Notes under the pieces: generated by a model
The model's database searches: none
Told to the model about the DNA's origin: nothing
What the model saw: only the letters and a program-made list of their open reading frames with translations
Part shown: positions 56,584 to 64,000 of the stretch, piece after piece
Position numbering within the stretch: position 1 is the first letter of the stretch
Layout of the letters: each line of letters begins with the position of its first letter
Virus record (IMG/VR): IMGVR_UViG_3300009514_000374
Location: 77,008 to 141,007 of that record
Strand: one strand, 5' to 3'
DNA length: 64,000 bases
DNA from: a virus
Program-made: the position numbers and the translations under genes

Positions 56584-56909
56584 GCAGGCACTACACGGTT
56601 CCGATTGGAGCGGACGCTGAGCGGGTGGTTCGGAAATTCTATCTCGACGGCGCAGGCGTTCCGACACCGGGGCTCGCCGTTCCGGTGATCGTCCGTGATG
56701 AAGGCGGGAACGAGATCCTGAACAGCGCGCTTGTTGACCTGGCTATCGCTCCCGGCTGGTACAAACTCCCGACCTCCGTTGTGCTTGCCGTGCCTGGGAT
56801 CTACACCGTCGAATACGCGCCACCCGCTGGTTTCGCCCCTGACGCTGACACCGTTTTTGTCCCCGCTGATGCGGGCCGAGCAACGACGGAATTCGTCAAG
56901 GGCGGGTAG
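56580..56909 (+). CDS. Small beta-rich hypothetical protein
   Basis: 109 aa; GTGA overlap. Confidence 0.55.
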   Translation: MSRHYTVPIGADAERVVRKFYLDGAGVPTPGLAVPVIVRDEGGNEILNSALVDLAIAPGWYKLPTSVVLAVPGIYTVEYAPPAGFAPDADTVFVPADAGRATTEFVKGG

Positions 56910-56921
56910 CGTGAAGGCTGA

Positions 56922-57200
56922 ATGGGCATGAAAGGCGTACCCATCCCTTACGCGTCGAAGCTCGACATCGAGGTACCTGACGCCCTGAAAACGGGGTCAT
57001 TTGCCAATGCGTTTCGCGTGGTTGAGGAAACCGGCCCCGATTGTTTTCTCGATTTCCTGTCCTATTCGGCTCAGGAGCACCGTGCAGAGGTCGTGGCGCG
57101 CGTGCGCGTGAGGCGCGAGCTTTTGTCGGCCTTCCGTGATCTCATGGAAGAGGTTGTCGAGGATTTTGGGGATCGCATCACCGTCGCCCGTACCAATTGA
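56922..57200 (+). CDS. Small hypothetical protein (DUF3467-like)
   Basis: FANAFRV..CFLDF..VVARV. Confidence 0.5.
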   Translation: MGMKGVPIPYASKLDIEVPDALKTGSFANAFRVVEETGPDCFLDFLSYSAQEHRAEVVARVRVRRELLSAFRDLMEEVVEDFGDRITVARTN

Positions 57201-57250
57201 CTGCGGCGCGGGTAGGGTGCAACAGCCGCACACCCCACAGAGGTCGCAAG

Positions 57251-58765
57251 ATGCAATTTAAGAAGGGCGAATTTCGGAGTTACCGGGCGACGATCACGTT
57301 TCACTTGGGCACGACCCAGGAGAATGTCCAAAAGGACGAGATCGTTGAATTCGACGGCACCACTCTCCGCAAAGAGGACGGAGGTGAGGTCAAGGTATCC
57401 TCGGTGAAGGGCGCCGTCCTCAATGGATGGCTCGTTCCCGAGGGCGACACGGAAAGCGTCTACGTTCCGCAGTCGGCTAACGTCGAGGTCCACCCGGCAC
57501 AGACCCAAGGCAATGATCGCCGGAAGGAACGGATCTCCGTCACGACCGTCGCGGACGACATGGCCGAGGTCGGGACCATTTCTGGACGCAAGGCGTCGAG
57601 GGAAGCCAAGGCGAAGGCTGCGGATCAGTCGTGGGCCACGGGTGCCTCGGGCCGCACGAGCGAGCCAGAGCACGAGCCGGAGTACGAGCCGGAGTACGAG
57701 CCCCACTACGAGTCGAACCCGGACAACGATCTTGTGCGCGAGCTTGACGCGGCGTTGGGAATCGACACGACCACCAAACCCAAACCCAAGGCTCGACCGA
57801 AGCGCAAGGCTGCGGCGAAGCCTGCTCAGCCGAAGATGCCAGTGGCGACCCGCGATCAGCAAGAGGTTGGACGCGCGGTCAGGAGTAAGGTCGCCGCGTC
57901 GGAAGGTCCGATTCGCGGCGCCGAAGCCCGCACTCAAGCGACCGAAGGCGAAACGATCAAGGGGGTCAAGGCAACGGTCGGCACTAAGGCCAAGCACTTT
58001 GCGGGAGCCGACGCCCCGGCCGGTGGTGTTGAGGTCAGTGGGCAACGAGAGACACGCGAGGTCGTCAATGCCGACGCCAGCGAAGGGGTCGCCATCGCGT
58101 CGCTTGGGTCATCGAAATTCAAGACGGACGTAACGGACGGGAACCAAGGGAGGTCCGTGCGCTCGGTTCGTCCGAAGCAGGAGAGGTCGGCGTCGGCTGA
58201 GCGAAACCGTCTGCTTTCGCTTGGGCGAGCGATCGTCAACGGCGACATCGCGGGGGAGCTTTTGGAAAAGCTCGACCCGGACCAGAAGGCCAAGGCTCTG
58301 GCTCTCGTCAATGCCGAGGACTCGGGCGAGCAGGACACTGAGCCCGACTACGACAGCATGACCGTTGAGGAACGACGTGCGGCGCGACGCGCTGCGGCTG
58401 ATGCCTCGGAAGCTGCCGTGACGACGACTGGCGATGTCGAGGAAGCCCACGTCGGCGAGAATTTGGAGGATCTGCTTCCCGATGCAGTCTCGACAGGCAC
58501 CCCGGATCCAGGCGAGGCCGGGGAAGGGGACGACCCGCACTTGACCCCGGAGGAAAAGGCGGAGGCAGCGGATCCGAAGATCGAGGCGATCCGTGCTTTC
58601 GTCCCCGATTTCGATTGGGATCTGCAACGGCCGTGGAAGCACCGCGTTTCGGACGCCGTGGAAAACTACGCGGACAACGACCCCTGGATCCGAGGCATTC
58701 TCGCGGTCGAGTCGGACTCCGTGAAAAAGCACATTCAGGCGGCCCTAGACGCCCGTTCGGCTTGA
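57251..58765 (+). CDS. Hypothetical low-complexity protein
   Basis: ATG 57251 after GAGGT; EPEY repeats 57662-57710. Confidence 0.6.
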   Translation: MQFKKGEFRSYRATITFHLGTTQENVQKDEIVEFDGTTLRKEDGGEVKVSSVKGAVLNGWLVPEGDTESVYVPQSANVEVHPAQTQGNDRRKERISVTTVADDMAEVGTISGRKASREAKAKAADQSWATGASGRTSEPEHEPEYEPEYEPHYESNPDNDLVRELDAALGIDTTTKPKPKARPKRKAAAKPAQPKMPVATRDQQEVGRAVRSKVAASEGPIRGAEARTQATEGETIKGVKATVGTKAKHFAGADAPAGGVEVSGQRETREVVNADASEGVAIASLGSSKFKTDVTDGNQGRSVRSVRPKQERSASAERNRLLSLGRAIVNGDIAGELLEKLDPDQKAKALALVNAEDSGEQDTEPDYDSMTVEERRAARRAAADASEAAVTTTGDVEEAHVGENLEDLLPDAVSTGTPDPGEAGEGDDPHLTPEEKAEAADPKIEAIRAFVPDFDWDLQRPWKHRVSDAVENYADNDPWIRGILAVESDSVKKHIQAALDARSA

Positions 58766-58769
58766 TCGG

Positions 58770-58805
58770 TAGCCCGGCTATAGCCCGCCTGTGGTAGCGG
58801 GCTAT
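58770..58805 (+). promoter_or_regulatory. Candidate late promoter inside a start-codon-sequestering hairpin
   Basis: TAG-N5-CTATAG-N9-GGTAG; stem ATAGCCCGC/GCGGGCTAT overlaps ATG 58804. Confidence 0.6.
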
Positions 58806-59199
58806 GCGACGAGACGCCAACAGCAGCCAGGCCGGTTGGGCGCTTATTACCGAGGGTGTGACCTCGGCTCGGGTAGAGGCGCACCGTCTCCAGAAATTGA
58901 TCCAAATTGGGCTACGGCTGATCGAGCAGTCGAGCCACAAGGACCATTTCTACCAGATGGCGGGTGATCTGATCGTGGGCACGCCGAAACGGCTTGACGC
59001 CCTGATCAACGACCTGGATCGCACATCCTACGCCTTGACCAAGATCGGCGAGGACCATTTGCGCGACCGTCTTTCCATCACGGATCGCGCGCTCGTTGAC
59101 GATGGGGTGCAAAACCCGAAGCCCTTTGGAGGGAGTCGTCCTCGCACGGCGGCTGAGCGCGTCGCCCGCAGGTGGGAAGCTCGCTCTAAGGGAGGCTGA
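58804..59199 (+). CDS. Hypothetical protein with C-terminal RTAAERVARRW
   Basis: 131-aa ORF. Confidence 0.6.
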   Translation: MRRDANSSQAGWALITEGVTSARVEAHRLQKLIQIGLRLIEQSSHKDHFYQMAGDLIVGTPKRLDALINDLDRTSYALTKIGEDHLRDRLSITDRALVDDGVQNPKPFGGSRPRTAAERVARRWEARSKGG

Positions 59200-59203
59200 G
59201 AGC

Positions 59204-61459
59204 GTGTCAGCGCGTGATGTAGCTGCCCGGTGGCTCGCCTACCTTGACGACGACTCGGAGGGCCTGGACGAGCGTGAGGCGTACTCCAAGGTTCCTGGCG
59301 ACCAGTTCGGGACCAAGACCGTCGTTACCCCGAAATCGGAGAAGGGCCTCAAGACCCAGGACTACGAGTCCGAGGGCGACGAGAACAGCCCCGATGTGGC
59401 GCGGTTGCCGCAAAAGCAGCCCGAGCCACGGACCAAAGAGCGGGGCCGCGCCCTGCCCCCAAAGCATCGTGAGGATCGGGATCGCCACATTGAGCGGTTC
59501 GTACTCAACGTGCCTGATGCCGAGCCTGACTCGCGCTCGCGGACCAAGACAAAGGTTCCGATCCGATCTCCCGGCACGCCAGGGGAGCAGTACGGGCACC
59601 CGACCAAATACGACTACAACATGCCGACGCGCCGGGCTGGTTTGAAATCGGTTTTCCCACGCAAGCGCCAAAAAAACCAAGGCGGCGACGCGAAGCTCTA
59701 CCACCGGCAATACTACATCCGGCACAAATCTCCGATCACGCTTCGCATGAAGCGGAGGTACACAAAGCTCAAGGGCAAGATGCTCTACAAGCGGGACAAG
59801 AGGTACCGCAGGCAGTACCCGCTACGCTATGAGCGACGAGGCATCGGTGTCCGCACAAACAAGGAGCGATCCCGCAAGTGGCGTCGGGATCAGGTACGCA
59901 AGAAAAACCTCAACCGAGGCAAGGAGCGCGCAAAGGATCGCAAGGCATCCGAGTACGAGTGGAACCTCCCTGCGTACTTGGAAAACGGCGACCTGATGCC
60001 GATCAACATCCGTCATTTCGACGTGGATGGGCGCAACGTGGTCTACGAGGATGCGCGCGGGGGAGGCCCGCAGACGCTCTCGCTCGACCTGTTCCTTTCG
60101 CGTGTACTGCCTGAAAACGAAGACGACGTGGACGAAATTCTGGATGCCTTGGAGTGGAATTTCGGCGACGAGATTTACGACTGGCAGGACTCGACTGAGG
60201 ATAAGACGGCTGTGTACGACACGTTCGTTCGCAAGCAGGAGCCTCCGGGGCCGACCAAGACGCGACGTGACCGAGGCAAATACCACCCACACAAAAAGAA
60301 GCCGAGCGACCCGGCACATCGAGGCCAGCCGCACGCGAACCCTGATCTGATGGATCGCGGGTTCACGCAGCCAGCCGTCGAGCAGCAGTCGGGCTCGGCG
60401 AAGGTGATCCCTGACCGCAACAACTCGACGGGCGACCTGTCATGGCGCAACAAGGACCGGCCGTGGGATGACCGAGGCTACAAGGTCGCAGGCATGACGG
60501 TGAAATGGGGGAGTGTGCCTCCGCAGTGGGTCTACGCGACAAAGATGCCCGGCTACGAAACCCTGGCGATCGAGGTCGAAGGCGGAGGTCTTTATGCGGA
60601 GGCAACCGCCGTTCGTCACTGCAAGGCGGACCTCGCATCGCTGAGTGAACAAGTGGGGCAGCCCTTGAAAGCTCTGGTCGTGCAAAAGACGTTCTTGCCA
60701 GAGGGAATGAGAGGACAGGGCCTCGGTAAAAAGCTCTACGAAACGGCTGCCCGAGAAGCGGCGAAAAAGGGGTACGCCCTAGCCCCCAACGATTGCTGGC
60801 ACGGCGGCCCTGGTTCGGGAATGACGAGCCCCGATGCTCGCAGAGTATGGGCGAGCCTGCGCAGACAATTCGTTTCGGAAGGGTTGTTGCTGTGGGGCGG
60901 ACGCTCGCCTCGGGCTGCGATGCACCGACAAGCCGACACCATCGCCATGATCCGTCGCCGTTGTGAGCGAGCAATCTTGGAGCGATCCAAAAAATACAAG
61001 CCGGTGCTCGCCAAGTTTGAGCGCCGCCGCCTGACCTGGCGGTGGGATGTGGGTGACTGGAAAGTGAGCCTTCGGGCGATGCCCAAGACTGGCGCCAAGG
61101 CGACCAACATCACGGAGATGGACGTGAGGGTGTCCTGTTCGTGCCCCTACTATCGCTGGCAGGGGCCGGAGCATTGGGGCAAGGAGAACGGTTGGCAGTA
61201 TGGCCGCCCCCGAGGCACAGCGACGTTCCCCAAGATCAAGGACCCCCGGTTCCGCCATGCGGCCTGCAAGCACGCGGTAGCCGTTTTTGATTGGATCCGG
61301 GGCAACAAGCTCAAGATCCCCGAGGATATGCGGCGTCTGGGGGCGAGCCGGTATTTGGCCGATAGTTTGCACACCTATGAGATGGAGCCTTTCCAGGCAG
61401 ATCCAGCAATTCCAGAGCCCTCGCGCGTGGCGCGACGGTTCTTGGTCAAGAGGAAATAG
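59204..61459 (+). CDS. Multi-domain protein: basic region + GNAT-like + SWIM-like Zn finger
   Basis: GTG 59204 after GGAGG; LPEGMRGQGLGKKLY..SPDARRVW; CSCP..CKH. Confidence 0.7.
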   Translation: MSARDVAARWLAYLDDDSEGLDEREAYSKVPGDQFGTKTVVTPKSEKGLKTQDYESEGDENSPDVARLPQKQPEPRTKERGRALPPKHREDRDRHIERFVLNVPDAEPDSRSRTKTKVPIRSPGTPGEQYGHPTKYDYNMPTRRAGLKSVFPRKRQKNQGGDAKLYHRQYYIRHKSPITLRMKRRYTKLKGKMLYKRDKRYRRQYPLRYERRGIGVRTNKERSRKWRRDQVRKKNLNRGKERAKDRKASEYEWNLPAYLENGDLMPINIRHFDVDGRNVVYEDARGGGPQTLSLDLFLSRVLPENEDDVDEILDALEWNFGDEIYDWQDSTEDKTAVYDTFVRKQEPPGPTKTRRDRGKYHPHKKKPSDPAHRGQPHANPDLMDRGFTQPAVEQQSGSAKVIPDRNNSTGDLSWRNKDRPWDDRGYKVAGMTVKWGSVPPQWVYATKMPGYETLAIEVEGGGLYAEATAVRHCKADLASLSEQVGQPLKALVVQKTFLPEGMRGQGLGKKLYETAAREAAKKGYALAPNDCWHGGPGSGMTSPDARRVWASLRRQFVSEGLLLWGGRSPRAAMHRQADTIAMIRRRCERAILERSKKYKPVLAKFERRRLTWRWDVGDWKVSLRAMPKTGAKATNITEMDVRVSCSCPYYRWQGPEHWGKENGWQYGRPRGTATFPKIKDPRFRHAACKHAVAVFDWIRGNKLKIPEDMRRLGASRYLADSLHTYEMEPFQADPAIPEPSRVARRFLVKRK

Positions 61460-61462
61460 ACG

Positions 61463-61852
61463 ATGCCCACCTACGCATACCAATGCCGCGACTGCGGAAT
61501 CGAATTCGAGAAGATGGTCCCCCTTGCCCAATACCAAGATCCGCAAGGCTGCGAAGATTGCGGATCGGATCAGACCGACAAGCTGCTCAAGGCTCCCGGC
61601 ATGATTTTTAAGGGTGACGGTTGGGCCTCCAAGAACAACCGTGTCCGAGGTCAGATGCGCGAGAAAAACAAGCGCCTTGCCGCCAAGGAGCGGGAGCAGA
61701 AGGGCGATGGCATGATTCCGTCCCTGGCTCCAAACGTCGAGGGGGAGCGTGTCAGTTCTTGGTCGGAAGCCTCCAAGCTCGCCGCGAGCAAGGGCAAGGA
61801 CACCACGGGCTACGACAAGCTGGCCCATAAAGCGAAGGCCGGGAGCGTATGA
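61463..61852 (+). CDS. FmdB-family Zn-ribbon protein
   Basis: MPTYAYQCRDCG..CEDCG..IFKGDGW. Confidence 0.85.
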   Translation: MPTYAYQCRDCGIEFEKMVPLAQYQDPQGCEDCGSDQTDKLLKAPGMIFKGDGWASKNNRVRGQMREKNKRLAAKEREQKGDGMIPSLAPNVEGERVSSWSEASKLAASKGKDTTGYDKLAHKAKAGSV

Positions 61853-62616
61853 CCAACATCTTTCCAATGATCGTTGACCGATCTGAAAACTACGCCTCGG
61901 TGTATTTTCGGGATCGGCCGGGTATCCGGGGGTATCGCGTTCGTGTGGCGAAGACGTTGGACGAGGCTTACGGGCCTCTCAACGGCGTGGGGGTGACGGG
62001 CACAACTGCCTTGTTCGACGTACCCGCGCCAGGGGGTTTCTATCGGTCACGCTCGATTCGTGAGCGTGGGTGGGGGATCTTGGAGGAAGCCACTCGGGGG
62101 CAAACGCGGGCTATGTTCGATCTGGACGAGCTTCGCGTCGGCGCCGAGGCAACGGTTCCTCCAGATCGGGACGTTGCGTTCGTCCGCGTGCAGGTGGCAA
62201 CGGACGCAACGGGGGGTTTCCCACTCGGCTTCCCTGGAGGTGCCTTTCCCGGCACCCTCCTTAATCAGGGGCCGATCCTTGTGCTGCAAAACCCCGGCTG
62301 GTTCAGTACCCCACGGCCAGCCTTGACCGTTTCAGGCACCGCTCCTGATCTTGGAGCCCTGGCCGCCCCCGGTCTCATTCCCCCTGCCGAGTCCATGCAC
62401 TTTCGCGTTCCGGCCTACGGTGACTCGTTGGTGTTCATCAATCACGGCGCATCCCCGATCTTCTTGTCGATGGGTCCAGGTATCCCCTTCATGCAGATCG
62501 ATGCCGGAGAGAACTTTTCCCATACCTCGGGGCAGAAGGATTCCCTTCTGATCGCCGCCAATGGCGCCAACCCGACCTTCTCAGCACTGATTTCCACCGT
62601 GGCAGGAGCCCGCTAA
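61849..62616 (+). CDS. Hypothetical virion protein
   Basis: 255 aa; ATGA overlap. Confidence 0.55.
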   Translation: MTNIFPMIVDRSENYASVYFRDRPGIRGYRVRVAKTLDEAYGPLNGVGVTGTTALFDVPAPGGFYRSRSIRERGWGILEEATRGQTRAMFDLDELRVGAEATVPPDRDVAFVRVQVATDATGGFPLGFPGGAFPGTLLNQGPILVLQNPGWFSTPRPALTVSGTAPDLGALAAPGLIPPAESMHFRVPAYGDSLVFINHGASPIFLSMGPGIPFMQIDAGENFSHTSGQKDSLLIAANGANPTFSALISTVAGAR

Positions 62617-62645
62617 CGACGTTCTTGCCATCTCTAGGGGGTCGA

Positions 62646-62679
62646 TAGTCCCTCTATAGCCTGGCCTCCTACGAGGCCA
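62646..62679 (+). promoter_or_regulatory. Candidate late promoter
   Basis: TAG-N5-CTATAG followed by hairpin TGGCCTC-CTAC-GAGGCCA. Confidence 0.55.
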
Positions 62680-62700
62680 ACCCAACCTGGAGAAACCGAT

Positions 62701-63369
62701 ATGCCGTTCGTGATCATGGCTCGCACCGACATCCCTGATGGAGTCCTTCAATTGACCGAATTGAAGCCCAACGACTCCCAACGGAACTACATCTACGAAA
62801 CTGAGGGGCAGACTCAGTACGTCAAGAACATTCCGACGCAGAGCACCATCGCTGTGACGGGCGCTGGTCCGATCACAACGAATGCGGACTACGTGGGCCT
62901 GGCGGCGTACCTCGTGGATCACGTCGAGAATCAGACGGCGGGTGAGTCTCTGACTCCGGCCATCGCCAATGCTGCCGGTGCGGCAATCGTGGCTGCGGCA
63001 CAGGCCGGAACGGTGCTCGACTCGGCGGCCATCGTTGCGATTCTCGTGGGGGCGGGTGCAGGTGCGGGCACTGGCGTGGACACGTTCGCTTCGACGGGCT
63101 CGGTGGAAGAGGTGCTTGGCATCCTCGCGGGTCGTGTCTACTTGCTTCCGGGTGGCTCCACGGTTGAGGACGGCGGAAACCTTTTCGTGGCTGCGGTCGC
63201 GGGCTCCTTCACGAACGACGGCGAGTACAAGCAGATCTTCGATACCTCGGCTTTCAAGATCTCCAACGGCGCCGGGCAAATCGCCAATTTCAAGGCCGCA
63301 ACTTTCAACTACGCGGATGCCCTCGGCGCCGCTCTTTCGGTCTACGCGGACGACGGGACCGTTCTGTAA
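62701..63369 (+). CDS. Virion structural protein (paralog 1)
   Basis: GGAGA RBS; Ala/Gly-rich; homologous to the next ORF. Confidence 0.65.
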   Translation: MPFVIMARTDIPDGVLQLTELKPNDSQRNYIYETEGQTQYVKNIPTQSTIAVTGAGPITTNADYVGLAAYLVDHVENQTAGESLTPAIANAAGAAIVAAAQAGTVLDSAAIVAILVGAGAGAGTGVDTFASTGSVEEVLGILAGRVYLLPGGSTVEDGGNLFVAAVAGSFTNDGEYKQIFDTSAFKISNGAGQIANFKAATFNYADALGAALSVYADDGTVL

Positions 63370-63407
63370 CCTCCCCTTTCAAACGGGCAAACACCAGGAG
63401 AAACCAA

Positions 63408-64000
63408 ATGCCTCATATCATCTTGAAACGGGACGACATTCCCGCAGGAACGCTCCAGGTTCTCGACCTGGAGCCCAATGAGTCTCAGCGCAACCTGATC
63501 TACGATCCCCCCGGTCAGTCCAAGTACGTCGATCCCGTCGTGCGTGCGACTCCCGTGGTGGTCACGCCAGGTGGCGGTATCCTCAACGTGCGTGACGAGG
63601 TTTCGGGCCTTGAGGCTTGGTTCCTTGCCAACGTGGCCGATGGCGGCGGTGCGTCGCTGACGGCGGCGGAGTGCGTGACCAATGCCGACGATGTGCTTGG
63701 GCTTCTCGCCTTTGGCGACCTGACCACGGCGGCAGGTGCTCTCACGGTGGCGGCCATCAATGGTGCCCTCACCACGGGCTCCATCGGTGCTGGTCAACTC
63801 CAAGCGCTACTCGACGTGCTGTCGGGTCAGACGTTCACCATTCCGGCTGGTACTCAGGTTGAGGCGGCAGGTGCCCTGGACGTTTCCCCGGCCATCGGTG
63901 CGGACGGCGGCCCGTTCTACGGCGGGATTCGTCGGACCTACGACACCTCGTCTCTCGTCCTTTCGTTCAATACCGGGCACCTTGCCGGGTACACGGACGC
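63408..64000 (+). CDS. Virion structural protein (paralog 2), truncated by the window end
   Basis: MPHIILKRDDIPAGTLQVLDLEPNESQRNLIYDPPGQSKYV aligns with ORF 62701; absent from the ORF track because it has no stop in the window. Confidence 0.7.
   Translation, partial: MPHIILKRDDIPAGTLQVLDLEPNESQRNLIYDPPGQSKYVDPVVRATPVVVTPGGGILNVRDEVSGLEAWFLANVADGGGASLTAAECVTNADDVLGLLAFGDLTTAAGALTVAAINGALTTGSIGAGQLQALLDVLSGQTFTIPAGTQVEAAGALDVSPAIGADGGPFYGGIRRTYDTSSLVLSFNTGHLAGYTD

Noticed and set aside
40930-56640. Weaker address-like matches HRVAAKH (~40947), RRVARNR (~48842), ERVVRKF (~56619)
   Set aside because: Poorer fit or context and plausible by chance, so not counted
57197-57218. Sigma70 promoter TTGACT...TAGGGT
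   Set aside because: Spacer is only 10 nt
57662-57710. 12-nt GAGCCGGAGTAC repeats (and PE repeats at about 32770-32800)
   Set aside because: Coding low-complexity linkers
1-64000. Alternative genetic code, integrase or prophage boundary
   Set aside because: Genes are full length in code 11 using all three stops; no integrase, att site or host housekeeping block was seen

Overview
This 64 kb, GC-rich window reads as part of a large tailed-phage (jumbo-type Caudoviricetes) genome. Almost all genes lie on the + strand. (1) 0.1-26 kb is the head/packaging module: probable small terminase, large terminase, portal, HK97/assemblin-type prohead protease, acidic scaffold, decoration protein, compact HK97-fold major capsid protein and a terminator. 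Multi-domain enzymes are interleaved: Dps/ferritin-like + DUF5661-like; GNAT + 2H-phosphoesterase + intein-split CCA/poly(A)-polymerase-family nucleotidyltransferase; topoisomerase IB with a long extension. (2) 26-43 kb is accessory: LAGLIDADG-methyltransferase fusion, restriction-like nuclease, RNase HII, histidine phosphatase, acireductone dioxygenase, papain and zinc proteases, sulfotransferase, GIY-YIG, and three candidate structured ncRNAs. (3) 43-56 kb is a Gly/Thr/Ala-rich fibre cluster that shares modules between genes. (4) 56-64 kb holds further probable late/virion genes. The strongest candidate for an undescribed system is a virion cargo 'addressing and processing code'. Unrelated proteins carry a short basic helix (R-[VI]-A-x-[RL]-[FWHY], about 15 copies) or a 28-aa module (LRK.LIRLA..KPELR..L.PL, 3 copies), usually near [KR]-x-A sites that may be protease cuts. 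This could load host-takeover and counter-defence enzymes into the head as polyproteins. Two non-sigma70 promoter-like motifs are also visible, one before virion-type genes and one before apparently leaderless accessory genes. All functional calls are from motif recognition by eye; no searches were run.
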